From Polyangiaceae bacterium (GTDB taxonomy: Bacteria > Myxococcota_A > Polyangia > Polyangiales > Polyangiaceae): a stretch of DNA of 64,000 nt. The DNA is taken from contig JBGANF010000012.1 in assembly GCA_044222475.1 (NCBI GenBank), positions 1-64,000 of the forward strand. Reading direction: 5' to 3'. Below the pieces are notes generated by a model, which was given only the letters and a program-made list of their open reading frames with translations, did not search any database and was not told the DNA's origin. A program made the position numbers and the translations under genes. Below are positions 1-8,819 of the stretch, piece by piece. Each line of letters begins with the position of its first letter. Position 1 is the first letter of the stretch.

Positions 1-15
1 CCGCGGTGAGGGGCA

Positions 16-1779
16 TCACCCCCCGTCTTTGCCGGCTCCCATCATCTGCTTGAGCAGATCGTCGTCGGTCTGGGTCGCGGACGGAGCCGGCGCCGCACCC
101 GCGTCACCGCCGCCGCCCATCATCTGCTTGAGCAGATCGTCGTCGGTTTGGTCGCCACCGCCACCACCGCCGCCGTCACCACCGCCCATCATCATCTTGA
201 GCAGATCGTCGTCGCCTCCGTCCTCGGTGGGCGGCGGCGGGTTCGACGTGTCGACCGTGGGCGGAGTCGTCGGTACCGGGTTCGCGTACTTGATCCGCTC
301 TTCCTCGGTGCAGGGCTGCGGGTTGTTCGGGTCTTCTTGCACGCACTCGAGCTTCCACGCCTCGGTCGGCGGGACGTTCTCGGCGATCGCCTTGTCGCGA
401 ACTGCCTGAATGGTGCTGCGAATCGTGAGCGTCGAGATCGACGGCACGTAGCTGATGAGGAGCAACGCGGCCAAGAGGACGCCCAAGAATGGCAAGATGG
501 GCCGGTACAGACTCGTCGGCGTTCGGTTGAACCGGAACGACGAGATGAACAGGTTCAGCCCGAGCGGCGGCATGCAGTACGCGAGCTCGAGGTTGACGAG
601 GAAGATCATCGCCGTGTGGAACGGCCCGAGGTGGAACCGCGCCGCGAACGGAAGAATCAACGGCACCGCGACGAGGATCGCGCTGAAGCCTTCCATCACC
701 ATGCCGAGAACCAGGAGGAACAGGTTCATCGCGATGAGGAACTTCGGGGTCGAGTCGATGCCCATCTTCAACATGAAGTTGAGGACCGCGTCCGGGATCT
801 TCTCCTGGACGACGTAGTTGATGAGCGCGTTCGCCATCGACAGGATGAGGATGATCGCGCCGCCGAGGCTCAGCGCCGTCTTCGTGATGCGGGGAACGTC
901 CTTCTTGAACGAGATGTCCTTGTAGACGAACACCTCGATGAGAACCGTGTACAGCGCGAGGACTCCGGCGACCTCGTCGAGCTGGGCGCCGCCGTACTTG
1001 AAGCCGACGATCAGCACGGTGGGGATGCCGAGCTCCCACTTGAACTCCCACATCGAGTCGAGGACCTCGCGGACGTTGAACGCCCTGCGCGGGATCTTCT
1101 CCTTGATGCCGATGTAGACCGCGTACGCGGAGAAGCACAGAAGGACGAGGAGGCCCGGCGCGATGACGGCCTTGTTGGCGGCCTCGAGGTCGACGTGACC
1201 GACGATCGAGTAGACCATCAGCGGGACCGAGAACGGCAACAGGAGGCCGATCGATCCACCGCTGGTGAGCACGCCGAGCGAGAAGCGCTCCGAGTAGCCC
1301 TCCTTGCGGAGCGCCGGATAGAGGAGCCCGCCGATCGCGATGATCGTCACGCCGCTTCCGCCGGTGAACAGCGTGAAGACCGCGCTAGCGACGACGCAGA
1401 CGATCGCGAGGCCGCCCGGCATCCAACCGAAGAGCGCCTTCGACACGCGGACCAGCCGTTCGGCCGTCTTCGACTCGGCGAGGACGTACCCGACGAACGT
1501 GAACAACGGGATCGTGACGAGGATCGGGCTGCCGGCGAAGTGCTCCGTGAGGATGTTCGCCGCGATGCGCTCGAGCTTTTGCTGCGCCGGGTCGTGGTGG
1601 AACAGCCACGCGAGCTCGCTCGCGCCGCCCATGACGGCGAAGAGCGGCGTCCCGAGGAGCGCGAGCAAGATGACCATCGCCGGCATGAAGCCGCCGGCGA
1701 TGCCGATGATCGTGACGATGGCGCCGACCGAGCCGAGGCTCGTGGCTGCCTGTCGCGGGGTGACCTTGGCGGCGCTCAT
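16..1779 (-). CDS. dctM: TRAP transporter large permease subunit (DctM/TatM)
   Basis: Multi-TM protein with DctM-type motifs (LVTIPLFTFVG, GSGVTIIAIGGLLYPAL, SGGSIGLLLPFS, MPPLGLNLF); last gene of the tatT-P-Q-M cluster; low-complexity C-terminal tail. Confidence 0.92.
   Translation of the reverse strand: MSAAKVTPRQAATSLGSVGAIVTIIGIAGGFMPAMVILLALLGTPLFAVMGGASELAWLFHHDPAQQKLERIAANILTEHFAGSPILVTIPLFTFVGYVLAESKTAERLVRVSKALFGWMPGGLAIVCVVASAVFTLFTGGSGVTIIAIGGLLYPALRKEGYSERFSLGVLTSGGSIGLLLPFSVPLMVYSIVGHVDLEAANKAVIAPGLLVLLCFSAYAVYIGIKEKIPRRAFNVREVLDSMWEFKWELGIPTVLIVGFKYGGAQLDEVAGVLALYTVLIEVFVYKDISFKKDVPRITKTALSLGGAIILILSMANALINYVVQEKIPDAVLNFMLKMGIDSTPKFLIAMNLFLLVLGMVMEGFSAILVAVPLILPFAARFHLGPFHTAMIFLVNLELAYCMPPLGLNLFISSFRFNRTPTSLYRPILPFLGVLLAALLLISYVPSISTLTIRSTIQAVRDKAIAENVPPTEAWKLECVQEDPNNPQPCTEEERIKYANPVPTTPPTVDTSNPPPPTEDGGDDDLLKMMMGGGDGGGGGGGDQTDDDLLKQMMGGGGDAGAAPAPSATQTDDDLLKQMMGAGKDGG
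40..212 (-). repeat. Three copies of DDDLLK(Q/M)MMG separated by Gly/Pro linkers at the DctM C-terminus
   Basis: catcat(ctg/cat)cttgagcagatcgtcgtc-like unit occurs three times on the + strand. Confidence 0.85.
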
Positions 1780-3272
1780 GACTTCGCCTCCGCCGGTTTG
1801 TCGCCGTCGCCACCGTGCAACGCTTGGAGATCCGGATCACCGTGCACGGCGTCCGGGTCGACCTTGACCCAGCCGGTGAGCGCGAGGATGGATCGCAGGA
1901 GGAAACGGATCGCGATCATCAAGAGCCCGAACGGGAAGATGAAGTCGGCGTCGCGACGAAGGAGACCGTTCGTGTCCTCGTTGCCGCCCGGGTAGTTGAT
2001 GACCGGGAGCCGAGTGAGCGCGGCGTCGGTCTCGTCGAGCTTTTGACCGTCGACGTCTTCCTTCGGGAAGTACTCGTACCAGCCGGGCTCGTCCGCGAGC
2101 CACTCGTTCCAGTCCTTCGCGTGGAGGTAGTCCTTGTACTTCGTGCCGCCGAGGACCTTTGGCATCGTCTTGAGGTCGAGCGACGCTTGGCGTCCGAGCA
2201 GGAAGAGGTCGATCCGCGCCTCGTGACGCACCTTCGTCATGCGCTGGCCGAAGGTGTAGTTGCACGTGTCGGTCGGGTTGGCCTCGCACGGCCCCTGCTC
2301 CATGACCTTGAACTCTGCGATCGCGAGGTGGTCGACGAAGCCGTAGGCCCCGGTCGCGCAGACGAGGCCGGCGGTCATCCAGCCGAGCACCGCGATCGGC
2401 ACGCGCATCTTCACCGGGACGAAGCGCATGACGACGTCGACGTTGATGTGCTTGCCCTGCGCCGTCGCGAGCGACGCACCGAGGAGGGCGACCCACATCG
2501 TCAGGCGCGTCGCCACGCCGCGGAGGCCGCCGATGAGCGTGAGGCTCGATGCGCTCTGCAGCCAGTTGAGGAGGTTCGAGAAGTACTCGCTCCCGGCGCC
2601 GCCCCAGAAGCGAGCGCTGATCATGCCGGCGATGACGGCGAACGAGACGCCGTACTGGTGCATCTTGCGCGCCTTCTCGTCCTTGTCGTCCTTGGGACGG
2701 AGCGCGCGGTTCGCGATCAGGCCGCATACGACGGCGCCGATCGCCGCGCGCCACACGAAGCCGGACGCGTCACTGCCACCCGGCTTCCAGTCGGCCGAGA
2801 GACCCTTGAGGAGGACCCACAGCGAGAGCGCGAGCACCTCGGCGCCGAGCACGGCGAGCACGAGACGCGCTTCCCACTTCGTCCACCAGACGTCGAACTT
2901 GACGAGCGGCGCGGCCCACGCGGCGCCCTTCGCGTCGGTGTCGGTCTTCTTCGGCTCTTCCTTGGCGGCGGGCTTCTTCTCCGGCTCGGACTTCTTCTTC
3001 GCCGGCTTCTCGACCTTCTCTTCGGCCTTCTCTTCGGACTTCTCTTCGGCCTTCTCTTCGGGCTTCGCTTCGGCCTTCTCTTCGGGCTTCGCTTCGGCCT
3101 TCTCTTCGGGCTTCGCCTCGGCCTTCTCTTCGGGCTTCGCTTCCGCCTTCTCGTCGGACTGGGGCGTTTCGTCCTTCTTCGCTTCGTCCTTCGCGGGAGC
3201 GTCGTCCTTCTTGGCCTCGTCCTTCGGTGCGTCCTTGGGCTCGTCCTTGGCCTTGTCCTTCTCGTCGGTCAT
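1776..3272 (-). CDS. dctQ: TRAP transporter small permease subunit (DctQ-like), extended
   Basis: DctQ core motif LTMWVALLGASLATAQGKHINVD and IFPFGLLMIAIRFL; ATGA overlap with dctM; charged repetitive N-terminus. Confidence 0.8.
   Translation of the reverse strand: MTDEKDKAKDEPKDAPKDEAKKDDAPAKDEAKKDETPQSDEKAEAKPEEKAEAKPEEKAEAKPEEKAEAKPEEKAEEKSEEKAEEKVEKPAKKKSEPEKKPAAKEEPKKTDTDAKGAAWAAPLVKFDVWWTKWEARLVLAVLGAEVLALSLWVLLKGLSADWKPGGSDASGFVWRAAIGAVVCGLIANRALRPKDDKDEKARKMHQYGVSFAVIAGMISARFWGGAGSEYFSNLLNWLQSASSLTLIGGLRGVATRLTMWVALLGASLATAQGKHINVDVVMRFVPVKMRVPIAVLGWMTAGLVCATGAYGFVDHLAIAEFKVMEQGPCEANPTDTCNYTFGQRMTKVRHEARIDLFLLGRQASLDLKTMPKVLGGTKYKDYLHAKDWNEWLADEPGWYEYFPKEDVDGQKLDETDAALTRLPVINYPGGNEDTNGLLRRDADFIFPFGLLMIAIRFLLRSILALTGWVKVDPDAVHGDPDLQALHGGDGDKPAEAKS
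3013..3150 (-). repeat. 24-bp coding tandem repeat (AEAKPEEK-like unit, about 5-6 copies) in the DctQ N-terminus
   Basis: ttcggccttctcttcgggcttcgc repeated. Confidence 0.9.
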
Positions 3273-3321
3273 CGGAACGCGAGGGTAACGGAAAGCTCAC
3301 GAAAGGAACCGGAAAACGATG

Positions 3322-3358
3322 AAAAAAGCCCCGGCGTCCTCGCGGAGGCCGGGGCTTT
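3322..3358 (-). terminator. Intrinsic terminator or stabilising hairpin after dctP
   Basis: Minus strand AAAGCCCCGGC...GCCGGGGCTTTTTT: GC stem followed by a U tract, 20 bp after the dctP stop. Confidence 0.85.
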
Positions 3359-3377
3359 GATCAACTCGACCGAGAGG

Positions 3378-4376
3378 TCAGAGCGAGTACTTCACCGCGT
3401 CGTCGAACATCTGCGCCTGGAACACGGAGCCGCGCAGCTTCGCGCGGGTGTCGGCGAAGAGCTTGTTCCACTCGGCGGTGTCGGCCGGGGTGGGATCGTA
3501 CTTCGTCATGCGGTTCGGCGCGGTGAGGCGGCCATAGGCCGCGTCGTCCTCGCGGCGGATGCGGGTCGTCAGCGCTTCACCGGTGACCTTGCCGGTCTCG
3601 ATGAGGATCGTCTGCGCGTCCGCGGGGAGGCTCTTCAGCTTGGCCGAAGAGAAGACGAGCGCGCCGATGGCGACGCCGCCGACCGCGGTGTTGATGTTGT
3701 CGAGGCGGGACGCCCACTGCAGCTGCTCGGCGGCGAGCGACGGCGCGATGCACACGTTGATGGTGCCGTTCGTGAGGCCCGGCAGGATCTCGGGCACGCT
3801 CACCTGCTTCGGGGTGACGTCACCGATGACCGAGTACATGACCGGACCCACCGGGTCCCCGGCGAGGTAGTAGGTGTTCTTGTGCTTCAAGTCGGCCGGG
3901 GTCTTCACCGCGAAGCCCTTCGACATGACGTGGGCGCGACCGACGTCGCCCCAGCCGAGGACCTTGAAGCCCTGCTTCTCGAACTCCGCGTCGAAGCCCG
4001 CCTTCATCGCGTTGCGCGCGTTGTCGAGCTTGGCCCACTCACGGAAGAGGCCCGGCATCTGGAGGACGAGGACCTGCTTGTAGATCTGGCCGAGGCCGAT
4101 CGCGGTGATCGCGGCGCCGTCGAGCTGACCGCTCCGCATCTTGCCGACCATCGCGGCTTCGTCGCCCTGCTGGCCGTTCCAGAAGAACTGCAGCTGGAGC
4201 GAGCCACCGGAGCGCTGCTCCACGCCCGTCTTCCAAACCTTGAACACCTGACCCCACGGCGACTCACCGGGGGCGAGCGTGCCGACTTTCAGCGTGGTCG
4301 GGTCTGCGTGAGCGGACTGGGAAACACCCAGAATCATCGCCGTCGCGGCGAGGAACGACATTACCTTACGAAGCAT
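3378..4376 (-). CDS. dctP: TRAP substrate-binding protein (DctP/TatP)
   Basis: Signal peptide; LKVGTLAPGESPW and GQQGDEAAMVGKMRSGQLDGAAI motifs; GGAGG SD upstream. Confidence 0.92.
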   Translation of the reverse strand: MLRKVMSFLAATAMILGVSQSAHADPTTLKVGTLAPGESPWGQVFKVWKTGVEQRSGGSLQLQFFWNGQQGDEAAMVGKMRSGQLDGAAITAIGLGQIYKQVLVLQMPGLFREWAKLDNARNAMKAGFDAEFEKQGFKVLGWGDVGRAHVMSKGFAVKTPADLKHKNTYYLAGDPVGPVMYSVIGDVTPKQVSVPEILPGLTNGTINVCIAPSLAAEQLQWASRLDNINTAVGGVAIGALVFSSAKLKSLPADAQTILIETGKVTGEALTTRIRREDDAAYGRLTAPNRMTKYDPTPADTAEWNKLFADTRAKLRGSVFQAQMFDDAVKYSL

Positions 4377-4493
4377 GGACGACTTACCTCCTCCGGCATC
4401 ACCGAAAAGACCGGGGCTTCATGGGACAGCACTATCCCCGGGGGGTTGGACGGTACCTCAAGGTCCCGATTCAAAGAAAGGCCGCCCACGCGC

Positions 4494-4522
4494 AAAAAAC
4501 GCATGACGCATTGCGTCAATGC
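4494..4522 (-). terminator. Possible terminator (or operator) over the stop of the small lipoprotein gene
   Basis: Palindrome TGACGCA-T-TGCGTCA (4504-4518); T6 follows on the minus strand. Confidence 0.5.
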
Positions 4523-4953
4523 AGAGGTGGCGGCGGAGGCGTGTGGAAGACCATGCCGCAGTCTGCCGAGACGGTTGGAAAATCGACGACGTCGCCTTTC
4601 CAGCCGACCGCCGCCGCGGCCGCTTCGTGGCGACCGCGCACGTCCCACGAGTGGGGCTCTTCGATGACGACACCGAGCATGCCCTCCCCGACCTCGGTCA
4701 CGACCGCGTCAGGGAAGCGCTTCAGGATCTCGTCGAGCAGCGCAGGCGGAGGCTCGCCCGTGCCGCGGAAGCCGAGGTAGGTCTTCGGCCCCGGCTTGCA
4801 GGACGTGGCCTTCGCGATCTTCTTCGACGTCGTCATGGGCGTCGCGCTGGACGGTACCGCACTTGCGCTCGGAAGCGCGACCGACGACCCCGTCTGTGAC
4901 GCCGTGGGCGTGCACGCGACGAGCGCGATGCAAAGAAGAGCGAGCTTCTTCAG
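4516..4953 (-). CDS. Small putative lipoprotein inside the TPAT operon (probable CTG start)
   Basis: LKKLALLCIALVAC lipobox starts at a CTG overlapping the tatT TGA (CTGA); Ser/Thr linker then a small globular domain. Confidence 0.65.
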   Translation of the reverse strand: MKKLALLCIALVACTPTASQTGSSVALPSASAVPSSATPMTTSKKIAKATSCKPGPKTYLGFRGTGEPPPALLDEILKRFPDAVVTEVGEGMLGVVIEEPHSWDVRGRHEAAAAAVGWKGDVVDFPTVSADCGMVFHTPPPPPLH

Positions 4954-5867
4954 AACGAGCAGTTGTCCATCCGCACCTTCGTGAGCGCGCGCTTGGCGCG
5001 GCGCTTCGCGACGGCGTTCGAGAGCCGCTGCTGCGGATCGGGATCGTCGGCGGTGAGGACCTCGTTGAGGAGCTTGTCGTAGAGGGCCTTGTCGCCCTTG
5101 TTGCACGCGTAGCGCGTGGCGTAGTTGAGCTGGACGAGCAGCGTCTTGTGCTCGGTCTTGGTGAGCGCGTCCTCGAAGAGCTTCTGCGCTTCGTCCATCT
5201 CGCTCATCGCCGTGCGCGCGTGGTACGCGGCGAGCGCGGTGAGCACGGTGTAGTGGTTGTACGCCTCGTCGAGCTGGCGCGACTTCTCGAGCATGTCGAT
5301 GCCGATGAAGAGATCGCCGACGAGCGCCGGATCGTCCTTGCTGATGTTGACGCGGGCGAGCCACGCGTAGCCGGTCCAGAAGAGCGTCTCGGCGTCTTCC
5401 TTGTCGTCGAAGTTCGCGTTGAGCCAGTTCTTGAACGTCTCGTCGTTCTTGCGAGCGGCGTCGAAGCCGTCGGCGCTGTGGCCCATGAGCTCGAGCCCGT
5501 AGAACACCGCGCGCTCGTACGCCATCTTCGCGCGGCGCTTGTGGTACTCGGCGAGATCGTCGTTGCCCGCGTCGGTCGCGGCGTCGTAGTCGTCCTCGCA
5601 GAAGGCAAAGCCGTAGCTCACCCACGCCTTCGTGAGGAGGAAGAGCGCGTCGGTGTTCTGCGGCCCGAGGCGGTGCATGCCTTCGAACTGCGCGAGGCCG
5701 GCGCTCGCCGCGATGCGCGCGAGCTCGTAGTCGGCGACGGTGTCGAGAGCTCCGGAGCCCCTCCGGGTGGACGACACGGTGCCGTCGAAGATGATCTTCT
5801 TCAGGCAGCTCGTCTGGGAAAGGGCGATGCCGGCGGCGAGGACGAAGGTGAGAAGGCGTGCGCGCAT
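4950..5867 (-). CDS. TRAP transporter TatT component (TPR-like lipoprotein)
   Basis: Lipobox QTSC; DYELARIAASAGL, LFWTGYAWLARVN and QQRLSNAVAKRRA motifs typical of TatT; upstream of dctP. Confidence 0.85.
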   Translation of the reverse strand: MRARLLTFVLAAGIALSQTSCLKKIIFDGTVSSTRRGSGALDTVADYELARIAASAGLAQFEGMHRLGPQNTDALFLLTKAWVSYGFAFCEDDYDAATDAGNDDLAEYHKRRAKMAYERAVFYGLELMGHSADGFDAARKNDETFKNWLNANFDDKEDAETLFWTGYAWLARVNISKDDPALVGDLFIGIDMLEKSRQLDEAYNHYTVLTALAAYHARTAMSEMDEAQKLFEDALTKTEHKTLLVQLNYATRYACNKGDKALYDKLLNEVLTADDPDPQQRLSNAVAKRRAKRALTKVRMDNCSF

Positions 5868-5911
5868 GGCTCACGGGAATACCCAGGTCGACGGAGGGGT
5901 GTCAACCTGTC

Positions 5912-7237
5912 TCAGTCGGTCGCGGCGAGGATGGTGCAGGCTGCCCGCACGCGGACGCGCGGGTCTTCGTCCGCGAGGAGGAGGGCCCCCCGCGCGGGTC
6001 GGTGGAGCGCGGCGAGCGCTTGGACGGCAGAAAGGCGGCCGCTGGGGTCCTCGGTGGCGAGATCGGCTTCGATCCACGCTTGAATGCGCAGGTCCCCCGC
6101 GTCGGCGAGGGCGAGCCGCGCGCGCCGCCCGAGGGATCCTTTCACCTCCGGCCCGGCGAAGGCGAGGAGCTCCTTCATCGCCGCGTCGTGCACCTTCGGG
6201 TCGCGGGACTCGAGGAGGCGAACGTTAGCCGACAAGCGGATGTCGAGATCGTCGTCGCAGGTCGTCGCCCGAGCGATGGCGGACGCGAGATCCGGCTCGT
6301 CCAGGCGCGCGACGGCGATCCCGAAGAGGCGGTCGCGGCGCGATCCGTCGTCGATCGTGCGGACGAGGAGCGCGACCGCGCTCTTCTTCGTCTCCGCGTC
6401 GAAGAGGCCTTCTTTTCGCGGGCGCAGGACGGCGGCGGCGGCAGCGATGACGCCGGGCCCGTGACCGGCGGCGACGAGCATGCGGACCGCGTCCGCGCCG
6501 CCCGCGACCGCCAGACCGGGCGACGAGTAGGCGACCGCGATGTCCTCACGGAGGGGGTCGTCGGCGTTCGTCCACAGATCGCGCAGGCGGTTCACGGTGA
6601 CGAGGCCGCCCCCGTCGATCCGCGCGATCGCGCGTACGGCTTCGCTGCGGACGATCGGCTCGGGATCGACGCGCGCGGTCTCGAACAGAGCGTCGAGATC
6701 GTGCTCGTCCTTCGCGTCGGCCGCGGCGCGAGCGGCGGCGCGGCGGACGCGCGCGCTCGGGTCGACCAGCGCAGCGAGGCGCGCTTCGCGGTCGTCTTCG
6801 CTGCCGAGGGCCCGCGCTCCCACCGCGCGCCACGGGTCACTTGTATCATGCACATATTCTTTGGCTCGCGCGACGGAGAGCTCACCGCCCTCGAACAGAG
6901 CGAGGGCCGCTTCGGCGCCGGCGTCGTCGTGGATCTTGGCGCGCTCCTCGAGCGAGCCCGCCACTTGAGGAACGCACGAGCGGACGTCGCGCACGCGATC
7001 GACCGCTGCGTCTCCCTGCGCCTTTTGGATCTCGCGATCGACGACGGCGCGCGCGATCTCCGCGGCCTCGCCGTCGGAGAGTTTGCCGGCTTTGTGCTTC
7101 TCGAGGATGGCAGCCTTCATCGCGGCCGCGTCGCCCCGGCGCGCGGCGGCGGCCGCAGCCGAGCCTCCGCAGCCGAGCGAGCCCGGGAGAGCCAGCGCCA
7201 GAAGGACGGGAGCGAGTGCGAGGCGAGCGAGGCGCAT
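5912..7237 (-). CDS. HEAT-repeat lipoprotein
   Basis: SLGC lipobox; repeated LxDxxxxVRxxAxxA motifs. Confidence 0.8.
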   Translation of the reverse strand: MRLARLALAPVLLALALPGSLGCGGSAAAAAARRGDAAAMKAAILEKHKAGKLSDGEAAEIARAVVDREIQKAQGDAAVDRVRDVRSCVPQVAGSLEERAKIHDDAGAEAALALFEGGELSVARAKEYVHDTSDPWRAVGARALGSEDDREARLAALVDPSARVRRAAARAAADAKDEHDLDALFETARVDPEPIVRSEAVRAIARIDGGGLVTVNRLRDLWTNADDPLREDIAVAYSSPGLAVAGGADAVRMLVAAGHGPGVIAAAAAVLRPRKEGLFDAETKKSAVALLVRTIDDGSRRDRLFGIAVARLDEPDLASAIARATTCDDDLDIRLSANVRLLESRDPKVHDAAMKELLAFAGPEVKGSLGRRARLALADAGDLRIQAWIEADLATEDPSGRLSAVQALAALHRPARGALLLADEDPRVRVRAACTILAATD

Positions 7238-7290
7238 GTGCACGCAGGGTAGCCCCGCACCTTTCGCCGTGCTAGTCGGCGCAACTCATC

Positions 7291-8238
7291 TTGGCTACCG
7301 CGCGTCGCGTCCACCTCGTCGTCAATCGTCGTGCGCGTCACTTGGTCCAGCACGGGCCGCTGCTCCGCGTCTATCGCGACTTCGGCTCTCGGATGGCCAT
7401 CCACGAGACCGAGACGCCCGGCGCGCTGCCCGAGCTCCTCCGCCAGATCAAAGCCGACGGCGCGGACGTCGTCGTCTTTGCCGGCGGGGACGGCGCCTAC
7501 ATGGCCGGCGTCACGGCCGTGCGCAACGCTTGGGGCGACGAGCCCATGCCGGAGATCGGCCTCGCCCCCGGCGGGACCGTGAGCACCACGGCGCGCAACT
7601 GGGGCCTCGAGGGTCCGCTCGAGACGTACGCCCGCCGGCTCCTCGAGGACACGCTCGCTGGGCTCTCGCGCACGACGGCTCGCCCCACGCTCCACGTCGT
7701 CGACGACGCCGGCGGCGACCGCCTCGGGTTCATCTGGGGGGCGGGGCTCGTCGCTCGGTTCTTCGACGCCTACTACGACCAGCCGCACGCCGGTTACGTG
7801 GGCGCAGCGCGCCTCGTCGCCCGCATCTTCCTCGGGTCGCCATTCGGCGGAAAGCTCGCGCGGCGCGTGCTCACTCCGGTGAGGTGCACGCTCGTCGTCG
7901 ACGGCAAGCACCAAGCGGCGCGAGGCTACTCGCTCATGGCGGCGAGCGTGGTCAAGAACCTGGGACTCCACATGGAGGTCCTCTACCGCGCCGCCGAGGA
8001 TCCCAACTTGGTACACTTCGTCGCGAGCCCCCTCGGCGCGCCGCTGCTCGGGCCGCAGATGCCGCTCGTGCTCGCCGGCAAGAGGCTGCGCGGCAAGCAC
8101 CACGTCGACACGCTCGCCCGCGAGGCGGTCGTGCAGTTCCCCGAGCCCGACGCGTACGTGCTCGACGGCGACGTCTACGGTTGCAGCCGAGTGACGGTCT
8201 CGGCGGGGCCGATGATCCAGGTGCTGAGCCCGGGCTGA
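7291..8238 (+). CDS. Diacylglycerol/lipid kinase family protein
   Basis: LVVN, AGGDG, LAPGGT and C-terminal LDGD motifs. Confidence 0.85.
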   Translation: MATARRVHLVVNRRARHLVQHGPLLRVYRDFGSRMAIHETETPGALPELLRQIKADGADVVVFAGGDGAYMAGVTAVRNAWGDEPMPEIGLAPGGTVSTTARNWGLEGPLETYARRLLEDTLAGLSRTTARPTLHVVDDAGGDRLGFIWGAGLVARFFDAYYDQPHAGYVGAARLVARIFLGSPFGGKLARRVLTPVRCTLVVDGKHQAARGYSLMAASVVKNLGLHMEVLYRAAEDPNLVHFVASPLGAPLLGPQMPLVLAGKRLRGKHHVDTLAREAVVQFPEPDAYVLDGDVYGCSRVTVSAGPMIQVLSPG

Positions 8239-8253
8239 ACATCTCGGATTCCC

Positions 8254-8284
8254 CGTACACGTGAACGTGCCCGTGCCCGTGCCA
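8254..8284. repeat. Solo intergenic hexamer array (GTACAC GTGAAC GTGCCC GTGCCC GTGCCA)
   Basis: 6-bp periodic CGTNNN array between convergent genes. Confidence 0.55.
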
Positions 8285-8345
8285 CGATCGACGACGCTGA
8301 CCGACTCGCCAGAGCCCGCGGACGTTGCACGCGCCTCGAAGGCAC

Positions 8346-8729
8346 TCAGCTGATCAAGCTCCCGAGGAAGTGCTCCACCGGAACCGTCACCACGCTCACG
8401 ATGAACGCTGCGATCAACGCGCGCACGAAGCTCTTCACTTGCACCCGGATCGTCACGATGCTCGTCAGCTTCAAGAGGATCGCGAGCACGAACACGCGCG
8501 CCACGAACCCCAGAGAGAACTGCGCGTACACCCCGAGCGCCGCGCACGCCGCGTGGACCAGCGCATGAGCCCCCCACGCGACCGCGGCGAAGATGGCCGC
8601 CGCGACGAAGTGACCCAGAATGCCTCCCCGAATCGACACGCCGGGAGTCAGCCACGCGCCGATCGTGAGGCTCACGGTGAGGACGGTCCATGCGAGGAGC
8701 ACGTGGGAAATGGAGTGAACGTCGAGCAT
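8346..8729 (-). CDS. 4-TM membrane protein, 'phage holin family' (superfamily IV/YvlD-like)
   Basis: AWLTPGVSIRG and VQVKSFVRALIAAFIVS motifs; four hydrophobic helices. Confidence 0.7.
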   Translation of the reverse strand: MLDVHSISHVLLAWTVLTVSLTIGAWLTPGVSIRGGILGHFVAAAIFAAVAWGAHALVHAACAALGVYAQFSLGFVARVFVLAILLKLTSIVTIRVQVKSFVRALIAAFIVSVVTVPVEHFLGSLIS

Positions 8730-8819
8730 CTCTCTTCGGAAGCTAACCATGCTTGCGCCGGTCGCCACGACGTGGTGATCGTGGGGCGCTCTCCACGCAC
8801 GAGAGCTACGATGACAACG

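Noticed and set aside
1815..4667. 950-aa + strand ORF and similar long antisense or alternate-frame ORFs (e.g. 8730-12089 -, 15217-17598 +, 25664-27856 +)
   Set aside because: Shadow ORFs typical of high-GC DNA; they overlap well-supported genes and have no recognisable motifs.
8346..8729. Prophage suggested by the holin-family gene
   Set aside because: This 4-TM family is commonly chromosomal; no lysin, integrase or structural genes are nearby.
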